62,758 nt of DNA from a virus (IMGVR_UViG_3300050033_000335:1-62758); one strand, 5' to 3'. Positions 48,016-57,976 are shown, counted from the first letter of the stretch. Numbers and translations: made by a program. Notes: generated by a model not told the origin, from the letters alone.

Positions 48016-49445
48016 ATGAATAATCAGACGGTCATACTTGGCCCCCCCGGTTGAGTACTGGTAAATCCTTCGAATTGCTTAAGATAATAGATATGGAATT
48101 AATTAATGGGATAGATCCTAGTAGAATAGCAGTCTTGACTTTTACTAAAAAGGCCAACGAAGTTATTTTAACTAGAGCTATTGAGAAATTTGGGTTTAAT
48201 GAGAAAGATGCACCATACTGGGTGACTCTTCACGCACTAGCATATCGTAGACTAGGGCTACGACGTAATGAAGTAATGGGACCAAAGAATTATACTGAGA
48301 TAGGAAATGCTCTTGGCCTTACATTTGGAGGGAGTGTTGCTGCAATTGAGGAAGGATTTTATGGAGGTAGAAATAAAGGAGATAGATACCAATTTTTAGA
48401 TGGCTTTGCTCGTAACAGAATGATCACCACTGAAGAAGCATTTAGACTATGCGCAGGAGATGGTGATGAAGAATTAAATAAATTTGAGATGAGAAGATTT
48501 AGCAATACACTCCTATCCTATAAAAAGGATAGAGGCATCTTGGATTTTACAGATATGTTGGAAATTCCTCAAGGGTCAATAGATGTTGATGTGGTAATAG
48601 TAGATGAGGCCCAGGATCTTTCAACCTTGCAATGGGATTATTTACGGCGGGTAGTAATTCCTAATGCGCAAAGAGTATATATTGCAGGAGATGACGATCA
48701 AGCTATTTACCAATGGAGTGGAGCGGATGTGGTGCAGTTTCAAACTCTTCCTGGACGTAGAGTAATCTTGGATCAAAGTCATAGAATCCCACGAGCTATT
48801 CACCAATTAGCTGAAAAGATTTCTTTTACAATTAAGACTAGATGTGCTAAGATGTATAAACCAATGGATAAAGAAGGTTTAATTCGATATTATAGTGATC
48901 CTGAAGATGTGGATTTATCGGTATCTGGTACATGGTATCTTTTAGCCCGTAACTCATATTTGCTTTCTCAATTAATTACAATAGTTCGTGATCAAGGATA
49001 TACTTATTCAATTCGAGGAGAAAGTGCAATTATTAGTAAACACGTAGATGCAATCTTAGCTTATGAAAAATGGCGTAAAGGTATAGAACCATCTACAGCA
49101 GATAAGAACCTGGTGGAAAAATTGTCTACTCACCCTTGGCCCGGTACTATCTGGCATGAGGCTTTAGATAAGATACCTAGGAACGAGCGAGATTGGTATA
49201 TAAGCGTACTTCGACGTGGGGGTAGTCTAACTAAAGCTCCTAGAATTAATATAGGCACAATTCACTCTGTTAAGGGCGGAGAAAGTGATCATGTATTACT
49301 TATGACAGATATGAGTATGGCAACATGGCATGCAGCTGAAATGAATCCTGATGCAGAAAAGAGATGTTGGTATGTGGGCGCTACACGAGCACGGGAATCA
49401 CTTCATATTATCCGTGCACAAAGGGATACAGCATGGGATCTGTAA
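48016..49445 (+). CDS. UvrD/Rep-like superfamily 1 helicase, interrupted at Walker A (recoded or pseudogene)
   Basis: MNNQTVILGPPG-stop then TGKS in another frame; TFTKKA, VDEAQD, GDDDQAIY, QSHR, TIHSVKGGE, YVGATRA all intact. Confidence 0.9.
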
Positions 49446-49723
49446 GTGGGAAAGCTAAGAAATTATTTTCAAACTGTTATATGTTAGATGGAACCCCAGT
49501 TAGATGCCCCTATTGTGGCGGATATAGAATCAGAACTAAAGTTAGGGATAGCTCAGATGGAATAAATTCGCTAGAGGAAGAATATTATTGCGGTGAATGT
49601 GGTATTATCCTGGCCTTTTGGTCTTATGGCCATTTTGACACAGAATTACGGGAAGATCCTCCGAATATAACTAAGGCTGAATTAACTACGCAAAATACAG
49701 CCGGTCTTTTGGAGGATGAATGA
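49433..49723 (+). CDS. zinc-ribbon hypothetical protein
   Basis: CPYC...CGEC. Confidence 0.6.
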   Translation: MGSVSGKAKKLFSNCYMLDGTPVRCPYCGGYRIRTKVRDSSDGINSLEEEYYCGECGIILAFWSYGHFDTELREDPPNITKAELTTQNTAGLLEDE

Positions 49724-49868
49724 TTTGGAAAAATTCATGTAAAAATTGCGGAATAATAATTAAATGGAAAGCTGATAGTTTTTTGATGCGGCTGATAAAC
49801 ATCCAAAAGGCTGGGTATATGACCCTGTTTTAAAAGGTATTGTCTGTCCAAAATGTAAGATAGTTTGA
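49720..49868 (+). pseudogene. small zinc-finger gene split by a frameshift in a T6 run
   Basis: CKNC half from ATG 49720; KGW...CPKC half in the -1 frame after 49779-49784. Confidence 0.45.
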
Positions 49869-49879
49869 GGGAGTATAAA

Positions 49880-50194
49880 ATGCGTAATACAGACAAAAGA
49901 TTACTTAATGATAAGGAATTCTCTAATGCTGACAAGGAATTCTCTAATGCTGACAAGGTATTTCCTACACTAGAGGAAGTTGAAGAATACCTCAAGCAAG
50001 ATGAAGATAAGATCCGACTGTTACTAGGAATTATAGACGGTAAGATAAAACTAAACTTTGGGGATCGGCCTGTGAAGTGGATAGCATTTACTCCGGATCA
50101 GGCTGCTCGGATAGCTTATGATATACTGGTACTGGTGAAGAAATTAACTGTTCCGGAAGAGGAACAAGGAGAAAAAAGGAGTATTATAATATGA
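49880..50194 (+). CDS. hypothetical protein
   Basis: GAGGGAG RBS; 21-bp duplication encoding DKEFSNA. Confidence 0.7.
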   Translation: MRNTDKRLLNDKEFSNADKEFSNADKVFPTLEEVEEYLKQDEDKIRLLLGIIDGKIKLNFGDRPVKWIAFTPDQAARIAYDILVLVKKLTVPEEEQGEKRSIII

Positions 50195-50342
50195 AATATT
50201 GTAAGTTCAAAGTAACGGAATTAAAAGAGATACTCAATGTAATATATAAACATGTGGGGCTATATCCTACTGACGATCTGATTATTGAATTAAAAATTGA
50301 GAGAAGAATAAAAAGTGAAATATTAGCAAGAGGATTGTCAGT

Positions 50343-50693
50343 ATGACTGTCTCTAAACGGCCAGCTAAAGTGCCGAGTTTTACTCTTCAGAAAGAGACTC
50401 ATTGCGGCCCAATGTATATAATTGTAGGTCATATTAATGGAAAGATAATAGAGGTATTCGCTATACTAGGGAAGGCTGGCGGTTGCGGGTCCGCAGTGGT
50501 TGACGGTATGGCTAGGATGATCTCATATGGACTTCGTAGCGGAATGGAACCAGATAGAGTAATCAAAGGTATGAGCGGTATTCAATGCCACCAGGGGCCA
50601 GATACCTGTTGTAACGCTATTGCTTTAGCAGTTAAGGAAGTAATGAATGAATTGGAGGAAATGGAAATATGTGAGGAGGGCTATGACCGATAA
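50343..50693 (+). CDS. stand-alone TSCPD-domain protein (NrdJb-like)
   Basis: KRP, THCGPMYI, GKAGGC, RMIS.GLR.G, GIQC, TCCNAI. Confidence 0.85.
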   Translation: MTVSKRPAKVPSFTLQKETHCGPMYIIVGHINGKIIEVFAILGKAGGCGSAVVDGMARMISYGLRSGMEPDRVIKGMSGIQCHQGPDTCCNAIALAVKEVMNELEEMEICEEGYDR

Positions 50694-51375
50694 CATCTGG
50701 GAACAAATAGTTACTAGCAAATTATCTATCTCAACAGAAATTGCTCAACCCAAAACTAATAAATCAGTTATACCAGATGAATGTTTATCAGCTTTTGCTC
50801 CCATGTTCCTAGATACAGAAACATCGGGCATGATCCTTAGACGTATGCCCATGAATCATGTTTGCCAACCTGATATTATCCAGATAGCAATGATATTGGA
50901 TCATGCTGATGGGTATTTTAGCCGCTCTATGATTGTAAATCCTAGTGATATTAATTCAGACTGGGAATTAGATCCGCAGGCTGAAGCTGTACATGGTATC
51001 TCGAAAGAGCAAATTCTGGATGAAGGTATTCCCAGTAGAGCAATGCTGGAAGAGGTAAAGTATATATTGTCACGATCTTCAGTAATGGCCTGTCATAACT
51101 GGGGGTTTGATTCGCAAATGTTAGCCATAGCATTTAATCGAGCAGGTGATACTAAGAGCGCAATGAAGATCTTGAATGGAAAAAGATATTGTACAATGAT
51201 AGCAAGCACAAATCTCTGTAGGCTTCCAGGTAAGTTCGGAAATTATAAGTGGCCTAAACTAGAGGAACTTCACCAATTTTTATTTATGGAATCAGTACAA
51301 GGAGCACATGATGCTCTAAATGACACAATAGCAATTCGAAGATGCTATCATGAGATGAGGAGAATGGGAATATGA
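50683..51375 (+). CDS. DEDDh 3'-5' exonuclease (DnaQ-like)
   Basis: LDTETSG, CHNWGFD, YKWPKLEEL, AHDALND. Confidence 0.92.
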   Translation: MTDNIWEQIVTSKLSISTEIAQPKTNKSVIPDECLSAFAPMFLDTETSGMILRRMPMNHVCQPDIIQIAMILDHADGYFSRSMIVNPSDINSDWELDPQAEAVHGISKEQILDEGIPSRAMLEEVKYILSRSSVMACHNWGFDSQMLAIAFNRAGDTKSAMKILNGKRYCTMIASTNLCRLPGKFGNYKWPKLEELHQFLFMESVQGAHDALNDTIAIRRCYHEMRRMGI

Positions 51376-51547
51376 GCAAAGTCTCTGTAAAATTTAGGTG
51401 TAGAGCATGCGAGAATGGACCATGCACAGTTAAAACTCACACAATAAGTGTTCCTCAGGTATGTATACATGAACATGGAAGATATGATGTAAATTGGTTT
51501 TTCTACTCTCAAGAATTGGAAGATATGTCAAAGAAGGAGAAAAAGGC

Positions 51548-51796
51548 ATGAAAGTACGAACAGTTGAAGAGAATAGAGTTTGTAGGTTGGCATGGTGCGG
51601 AAAGGTATTAGTAAGAAATGAAAATGAGAGTGCTGCCGGTTTTAGGAAAAGACAGACATGTGGCCGAGCACACGGAGCGGAACTTTCTTTTATGCATAAA
51701 AAGATGCCACGACCGACAATTATTAATCAGATCGGATTGCTAACTAACCCGGACGACAAGGGCCGACCATACGCGCCAAAGGGGCGAGGATGGTAG
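51548..51796 (+). CDS. zinc-finger hypothetical protein
   Basis: CRLAWC...RQTCGRAH. Confidence 0.6.
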   Translation: MKVRTVEENRVCRLAWCGKVLVRNENESAAGFRKRQTCGRAHGAELSFMHKKMPRPTIINQIGLLTNPDDKGRPYAPKGRGW

Positions 51797-51965
51797 ATAC
51801 CGAGGTGGAGATATTACTAGGCAGGCTATGCGTCCGAGTACTTAAGAAACGAACTAATTTAAAGGGAGCTGCACAGCATATGGAGGAGGACGGAGGTTAT
51901 CGAGTAACCGGCTTTTGGCACGATAAAAAATTTTGTATCGAGATAAGAAAAATGTGAAGAACCGC

Positions 51966-51994
51966 TTTACAACCCAATATCATAGTGATATGAT
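51966..51994 (+). promoter_or_regulatory. sigma70-type promoter
   Basis: TTTACA-17 bp-TATGAT with TG. Confidence 0.65.
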
Positions 51995-52035
51995 TATTCT
52001 AGAGTTACAGATTAAAGGATTAAAGGAGAGAAATT

Positions 52036-52236
52036 ATGAATAAAATTAAGGATATTCCGGAAGGCTCTAAGGTAATTATTTTGGGCTTTGGGGCGGGAGA
52101 CAGCCGAAAAGGGGTGGAAACTTCATATGTTGGACGGCTTGCTATTGGGGAGCTAGTTAATCTTCCAAAAGAAATAAGTATAGATGGCCACATTTTTAAT
52201 TTACAGGTTAAGGTTTTGGTGATTAATGAAGATTAA
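52036..52236 (+). CDS. hypothetical protein
   Basis: AAGGAG RBS. Confidence 0.65.
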   Translation: MNKIKDIPEGSKVIILGFGAGDSRKGVETSYVGRLAIGELVNLPKEISIDGHIFNLQVKVLVINED

Positions 52237-52501
52237 AAGTTGTATACCGACTCGGCCTTGCCCCGTATGCAGAAGTGTGGCTACAGGGGTGTATCATTCT
52301 CAAGGTTGTAGCTGTACAAATGTAAGGTGGGTAAAGGAAAGGTATTATTTAGCTCATTACCATTATGTTTGTAAAATTTGTAACCTGGAGTGGGTAATTC
52401 CCTATGTTACAATTGAGCTTAAAGTTTGTGACGATGGTAGCCTTGTTTATCGGGCCCGTTTTTGTACTACTGGCCTTGGCTATACCAACCCCAAAAAGTA
52501 A
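52226..52501 (+). CDS. Cys-rich hypothetical protein
   Basis: CPVC, CKIC. Confidence 0.55.
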   Translation: MKIKSCIPTRPCPVCRSVATGVYHSQGCSCTNVRWVKERYYLAHYHYVCKICNLEWVIPYVTIELKVCDDGSLVYRARFCTTGLGYTNPKK

Positions 52502-52540
52502 GTAGTAGATTAATTTAGGATTATAGGAAGGAGCCTTGCC

Positions 52541-52882
52541 ATGCTTAAAGCCTATCGAATAGAAAGCGAAGGTATGGGAATATGTTCTAAATCAGCTTCA
52601 GCTGGTATCCTTATGAGTTGCGCCGGATTGTTTAAACCTCCTTTAGATTATTCGGCGGGGGCATATCAGCATTGGTTCACTCGGAAGGGATACCGAAAGA
52701 TGGGGGAAATGATAATTGCTTTAAGTAAAGCTGGGAAACATCAAATCCATATCAGAACCGCTCTTATTCCTAGTAGCCTTATCCAATATTTCGATGAATT
52801 CCAGGTAGTAATCCTACGGGAAGAACAAGTTAAAATAATTCCCTGGAAATTAACAAAAAAAGTGGACCGTCGGCTTTCTTGA
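52541..52882 (+). CDS. hypothetical protein
   Basis: AAGGAG RBS; YRIE..G, WFT..G. Confidence 0.65.
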   Translation: MLKAYRIESEGMGICSKSASAGILMSCAGLFKPPLDYSAGAYQHWFTRKGYRKMGEMIIALSKAGKHQIHIRTALIPSSLIQYFDEFQVVILREEQVKIIPWKLTKKVDRRLS

Positions 52883-52891
52883 TGATATATT
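52863..52891 (+). promoter_or_regulatory. sigma70-type promoter
   Basis: TGGACC-17 bp-TATATT with TG; downstream leader resembles that at 61110-61145. Confidence 0.45.
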
Positions 52892-52933
52892 TGTCTTGTA
52901 GGTAAGAATTATAGGATTAAAGGAGGTAAGACA

Positions 52934-53173
52934 ATGAGACTTAATTCTGAGCATGTCGAGAAGCATAAATTATCAGTTGCCGAGGTAAGAAAGTACGAGA
53001 CCGAATTGCGGGCAAAAGAGGCTCGGTTAGAATTCCTTCAAGAGATGTTTGTGCATAGCTCATTAGGGGCTAAGGATGATTTTTCCGAGGTTAATAGATT
53101 AACAACTCGGATTAAATTTCTCGAACAAGTTATTGATCGTGGGTTTGAGTACAAAAAGTTGAAGGAACTATAA
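52934..53173 (+). CDS. coiled-coil hypothetical protein
   Basis: AAGGAGG RBS. Confidence 0.7.
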   Translation: MRLNSEHVEKHKLSVAEVRKYETELRAKEARLEFLQEMFVHSSLGAKDDFSEVNRLTTRIKFLEQVIDRGFEYKKLKEL

Positions 53174-54150
53174 TGCGGAAGAAAGTATCAGAAATAGAAA
53201 TTCGTGCTTTCTTTCTTGAGAACCCTATAGCTCTACAAGTCTGTAGGGACTCATATGCTCATGTGTACTTGCACTTAGCCCATGCTAGTGGCCGAGTAGT
53301 ATTGCTAGGGATGATTCAGGATAAGGAATCCTCTACTGGGGTAACGGATGAGTCTCTTCGAGATATTCTTAAATTTACAGTAGAGGATTATAAGCGTTAT
53401 TTTAAACCACTGGGAACAAGTCCAGATCAGCTTGCACATATCTGGTTAACTTCCCCCATTCCGCTCACTGAGCGAGCAAAGGAGATTCTAATGGTAATTA
53501 ACATTGATCGTCGAACTGCGGGTGAAGTAAAGTATCTTGGTAAGTACAATGATCTGGAGGAAGGAGTCAAGTCAGCTGAGGTGGGAACAGAAGTGGCAAA
53601 GGTACCGGAAGAGTTGAATCAATTTAGCACACCTATTCTTACTCAGATATATAATGCGATAGTCGGGCCGGAGAAGAAGGTCAAAGGCTTTAGCAATAAG
53701 ACCTTGGCTATGGATCGGGTAACTAAAGCTATATTTGATCTTCCTGTATCTGAAACTCTTGTATCCAACAAGGTACCTACTGAAATTCCTGCGCCCCAGA
53801 TATTAGCTGAATCCAAAATCCCTGCGGAACCCAAGGCAGTAAAGGTGCCTACTAAAGAACTTGTTAAACCCCTTAAACTGAATAAAATTGTCAGTATCCC
53901 TCTTTCTACAAAAATTCATATTTTGGCGCCTAAGAATCCACACCGGGAAGGAACCGGTCTCTATGTTCGGTGGGATCTTTATAGTGACGGTATGACTATC
54001 GGCGAGGCGCTTAAAGCTGGTATTACTAGGGCGGATCTACCTTGGATGGCTGAGCATAAATATATTGAGTTTGAGGTAATCGCGGCAATAGCCGAACAGT
54101 CCGAGCAAGAAATTAATAATGTAGAGGGTGTAGAGACTATAGCCGAGTAA
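53173..54150 (+). CDS. hypothetical multidomain protein
   Basis: C-terminal KNPHREGT...YSDGMT...DL.W domain typical of phage proteins; function unknown. Confidence 0.75.
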   Translation: MRKKVSEIEIRAFFLENPIALQVCRDSYAHVYLHLAHASGRVVLLGMIQDKESSTGVTDESLRDILKFTVEDYKRYFKPLGTSPDQLAHIWLTSPIPLTERAKEILMVINIDRRTAGEVKYLGKYNDLEEGVKSAEVGTEVAKVPEELNQFSTPILTQIYNAIVGPEKKVKGFSNKTLAMDRVTKAIFDLPVSETLVSNKVPTEIPAPQILAESKIPAEPKAVKVPTKELVKPLKLNKIVSIPLSTKIHILAPKNPHREGTGLYVRWDLYSDGMTIGEALKAGITRADLPWMAEHKYIEFEVIAAIAEQSEQEINNVEGVETIAE

Positions 54151-54176
54151 TTATATACGGTGAGGTTATTGCATAC

Positions 54177-54207
54177 GGGGCCGGTCTTTTAAACGGCCCT
54201 TTTATTT
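54177..54207 (+). terminator. intrinsic terminator
   Basis: GGGGCCG...CGGCCCT then TTTATTT. Confidence 0.6.
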
Positions 54208-54220
54208 AGGGAGCTTAAAT

Positions 54221-55159
54221 ATGATCAATGAACTAAATTTACTGGATAAGTTTGTACCTAAATCGGAGTTTAAGTCGGCTACTTGGGAATGTTTTAATGT
54301 AGCAGATGGCCAGGTTACAGCTACAGATTTTGCCATAACCATGTCAATGTATATTCCGGAACTAGCAGGCTTTAATTTTAATGTACCTGCTCATAAGTTT
54401 ACTGCAGCCATAAGTGTTTGCAAGAATCCTCAATTGAGTCAGAATGATGATGTCTTGACGATCCGGGACGGATCTTTTAAGATCGATATTCAACTAATAA
54501 TGAATGCCTTTGGGGATATTTTTATGCCCGAAGGAGAAGGACTAAAGTTTGGACCTATTCTTCCTGTTCTTAAGGTGCTTCAAGGCTTTATGGGGTCTCC
54601 CAAGCGGCCTAACCTCCAGGGAATATTCTTTAATGATAATTTTGCCTATGCCAGTGATGGTAGTGTAGCCGCTAAAATTCCATGCATGGCTGAAGGCATT
54701 TCCGCAGTTATTCCAGCCAAAGCTATATCGGAGCTTCTTAATAATGGGAATGAGCCGGTTAAAACAGTTTTAAACAAGAACCAGGTGGCTTTTTTTTATA
54801 CCGATAAGGACTGGCTTCAAGCTAATGTTCTTGATACCAAATTCCCCGATATTAATAAGATCCTAAATAAGGTTGTATTTATCGATAATAAGGTAGATCC
54901 GGCTTTACTTATAGGAATCAATCAAATTCTTCAATTTACCGAGGGCGAGTTTACTCAAATTACATTTGATGAGAAGGGGATCAAGGGTGGTTCAGCAGAG
55001 TTTTATATTAGCAGCCTGTATCCTTCATGCTGGAATGGCAAGACCCTTAGAGGGGTGCTGGAGCTTGCTGAAACTATAAATTTCGAGGCATGGCCTAATC
55101 CAGCAGGTTGGAGAGGGGCAAACGGGCTTGAAGGTGTACTCTGCGGATTGATTAAATAA
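54221..55159 (+). CDS. DNA polymerase III beta-clamp-like protein
   Basis: VTATD, RPNLQGIFF, YASDG, VIPAKAI.EL, KFPDINKI. Confidence 0.75.
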   Translation: MINELNLLDKFVPKSEFKSATWECFNVADGQVTATDFAITMSMYIPELAGFNFNVPAHKFTAAISVCKNPQLSQNDDVLTIRDGSFKIDIQLIMNAFGDIFMPEGEGLKFGPILPVLKVLQGFMGSPKRPNLQGIFFNDNFAYASDGSVAAKIPCMAEGISAVIPAKAISELLNNGNEPVKTVLNKNQVAFFYTDKDWLQANVLDTKFPDINKILNKVVFIDNKVDPALLIGINQILQFTEGEFTQITFDEKGIKGGSAEFYISSLYPSCWNGKTLRGVLELAETINFEAWPNPAGWRGANGLEGVLCGLIK

Positions 55160-55219
55160 GGCTTTTACTTGGCTCCCAGATATATTTGTAGTAACTAATT
55201 CCAGCAGGAGAAGGATAAT

Positions 55220-55555
55220 ATGAGACCAAAGAATGAAAAGAAGCAATATGAGGAGGAGAAAGAAGCGGTTCGGACCTTGTCTATTTTTGATGAAGATGAT
55301 GAAGCTGAAGATAAGAATACTTGGAGTAAAGAATGGAATGATATGCCTGAGTTTATTCAAGAGAATGACCCACCCTTTGAATATATTAAGGTATGCTTTA
55401 GAAGTATAGATGATCGAAAAGCCTTCGCTAAATTAACTAACTTAACTGTTACGGAAAAGACCAAGACAATCTGGTTTCCTGCATTAATAGAGCGAAGAGG
55501 TATGGATAAGAATGTAGAATATATAGATGAGATAGAAGAGGAGGAAAGGTTTTGA
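55220..55555 (+). CDS. small acidic protein associated with GREB1-like glycosyltransferase
   Basis: WNDMPEFIQE...F...D...FAKL...T.KTKTIWFP. Confidence 0.7.
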   Translation: MRPKNEKKQYEEEKEAVRTLSIFDEDDEAEDKNTWSKEWNDMPEFIQENDPPFEYIKVCFRSIDDRKAFAKLTNLTVTEKTKTIWFPALIERRGMDKNVEYIDEIEEEERF

Positions 55556-55586
55556 ATGAATTAGTCTCAATTAAGGGTAATTTATA

Positions 55587-56414
55587 ATGCAACCAAAATA
55601 TCCAGTATATATTATCTCGAAGGGCCGGTGGGAGAGCAGATTAACAGCAAAATGTCTGGAGAAGATAAATGTACCTTACCATATCGTAGTCGAACCCCAA
55701 GAATATGACCAATATGCAAAGGTAATTGATCCTTCTAAAATCTTTGTATTACCTTTCTCCAATTTAGGATTAGGATCTATTCCTGCTAGAAACTGGGTAT
55801 GGGAACATGCCATATCTATCGGAGCAGAACGACATTGGATCATGGATGATAATATCTATAACTTTTATCGTCTGAACCAAAATTTTAAAGGTCGGGTAAC
55901 ATCAGGAACTGTCCTAAAGCTAGCTGAGGATTTTGTAGATAGGTACGAGAATGTAGCCCTATCTGGTTTTCAATATGCACTATTAACAGCTGCCCCCAAA
56001 AAAAAACCTGCTTTCTGTCTTAACACTAGAATCTATTCTTGTATTTTAATTAAGAATGATCTTCCTTACAGGTGGAGAGGAAAGTATAATGAGGATACCG
56101 ATCTAAGTTTAAGAGTGTTGAAAGATGGATGGTGTACGATTCTGTTTTATGCCTTTTTAGCCAATAAAATGACAACATTGGTAATGAAAGGTGGGAATAT
56201 GACGGAGTTATATAAAGATGATGGTCGTTTGAAGATGGCTGAGTCGCTAAGAGATCAGCATCCAGGCGTATGTTGTATTACTTGGAAATGGAATCGCTGG
56301 CAACATCATATTAATTATAAACCTTTTAAAAAGAATAAACTCATCATGAAGGAAGGTTTAGTCATTCCCAAAGGAAATAATGAGCATGGAATGAAATTAG
56401 TAAGACTGAAATAA
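55587..56414 (+). CDS. GREB1/TAGT-like (TET-associated) glycosyltransferase
   Basis: YPVYIISKGR, VVEPQE, ARN, HWIMDDNI, WRGKYNEDTDLSLR, MKGG. Confidence 0.85.
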   Translation: MQPKYPVYIISKGRWESRLTAKCLEKINVPYHIVVEPQEYDQYAKVIDPSKIFVLPFSNLGLGSIPARNWVWEHAISIGAERHWIMDDNIYNFYRLNQNFKGRVTSGTVLKLAEDFVDRYENVALSGFQYALLTAAPKKKPAFCLNTRIYSCILIKNDLPYRWRGKYNEDTDLSLRVLKDGWCTILFYAFLANKMTTLVMKGGNMTELYKDDGRLKMAESLRDQHPGVCCITWKWNRWQHHINYKPFKKNKLIMKEGLVIPKGNNEHGMKLVRLK

Positions 56415-56419
56415 AGGAG

Positions 56420-57400
56420 TTGTTTATGTGGAAAAAGATGAAACAGATAAAGCGAATAAAGCCACTAGGGTCTACTTCACCTCGGGTCTGGGTAATAGAA
56501 CCTTCATTTGGATGTAATCTAAAATGTGGTCATTGTTGTTCTGATTTAATACAGTATGAAGATAAATTACTCATGTCTAAAGAAGTATGGACAGCCACCT
56601 GGAATATTCTGGGCCAAGTATCTCCAACTGTTAGGGTCGATATTTGCGGAGTAGTAGGGGAACCTACCCTAAATCCGGATTTAACAGAGTGGCTGCCAAT
56701 AGGCAGACAATTAGCTCCTCTTTCCCAGATCCAAATCACTACTAATGGTACTAAATTGATAAGTGGTGCTGTTACATTTAAGAGGTTATTAGATGCCGGA
56801 GCTAATATTATTTATGTAGATCAATATGGGCCCCCAGAAATATTTGAAAAACTGGCTGAAGAATCAGGTTATCCTTGGTATAAATATTATGACGCTCCCG
56901 AGGATGCCCCTAGTCCCTGGAAATATTATGGTCCACATCCCAAATTTATTGTATTAATGGATCATCCTGGGCTTTGGCCAAAATCACGATTTAGGGCAGG
57001 GTTACTCGGTAACTGGTATGGGAATCTTAACTGGGAAAAGGCAAAAGAATTTGGAATGAAGCCATTAGAGCAACCTTTAACTCGCCGCTGTAATCAGCCG
57101 TTTCTCTATGTCAATGTTGGAGCTGATGGCAACTATTTGCTATGCTGTCAAGATGGATTACATATAACTTCTGGGAAGTTTGGAAGTGTATTAGAAGGGC
57201 AGTATGGATTTAATTCATTTTGGTATGGAAAGGAAATGCAGATAGTACGTCAGCGATTAAGAAATAAAGATCGAGCAGGTACGCTTTATGCTTGTGCCAA
57301 ATGTAATATTACATTTTCCCGATGTGATTTTAGACACTATAGTAAAGAAGAATTATCAAAATATTTGGAAAATGGCGAATGGGTTAAATTTAAGGATTAA
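56420..57400 (+). CDS. radical SAM protein with SPASM/twitch-like C-terminus
   Basis: CNLKCGHC, GEPTLNP, TTNG, CNQPF...G..LLCCQD...CAKC. Confidence 0.92.
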   Translation: MFMWKKMKQIKRIKPLGSTSPRVWVIEPSFGCNLKCGHCCSDLIQYEDKLLMSKEVWTATWNILGQVSPTVRVDICGVVGEPTLNPDLTEWLPIGRQLAPLSQIQITTNGTKLISGAVTFKRLLDAGANIIYVDQYGPPEIFEKLAEESGYPWYKYYDAPEDAPSPWKYYGPHPKFIVLMDHPGLWPKSRFRAGLLGNWYGNLNWEKAKEFGMKPLEQPLTRRCNQPFLYVNVGADGNYLLCCQDGLHITSGKFGSVLEGQYGFNSFWYGKEMQIVRQRLRNKDRAGTLYACAKCNITFSRCDFRHYSKEELSKYLENGEWVKFKD

Positions 57401-57406
57401 GCTATT

Positions 57407-57607
57407 ATGCATAAAAGAAAGATATTAGGTGTAGAAATTTGGGTATGTGAAAAAGCCGAAGCTAATGCTCTTGACAAACAAAATAAGGAAGAGAGTTGGC
57501 GAATATGGATACAAGAGGAAGTAGACAAATATCTTTTAGCTTCTCCTGAGGAACTACAAGCAATTATTGATAAGAAAAGATTGCGACCAGGCTCATATTT
57601 AAAATAG
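57407..57607 (+). CDS. hypothetical protein
   Basis: ORF in operon context. Confidence 0.5.
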   Translation: MHKRKILGVEIWVCEKAEANALDKQNKEESWRIWIQEEVDKYLLASPEELQAIIDKKRLRPGSYLK

Positions 57608-57976
57608 GAGTATAAACATGGCTAGTAACATAGTAGAATTCAAATTAAGAAATGAACAATATTGTAAAACAACTGAAATCAAAGCTATCCAAAAACTTCG
57701 AACTAATATGTTTAAGATATGCAGGAAAGATAAACTCCAATTAATTGAAGTAGATGAAACTCATCTTCCTTTTGATGTTTATAAATGGGAAAAGTGATAT
57801 GCTACGAACCGATCATCCATATATCCATCCTTTGGTAATAAATAATGCTGAGGAAATGCTTGAACTACTCCGCAGTATCTGGAATAGAATAGATGGAATT
57901 AATCGGGGGCAATTATCTATAGCGCATCAGGAAGCTATTGAGAGATTAGTCTTTAAGATGAGGACGGTTAAGGTGT

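Noticed and set aside
49910-49958. 21-bp duplications (here and near 61637-61678) as functional arrays
   Set aside because: Two in-frame copies only; ordinary slippage
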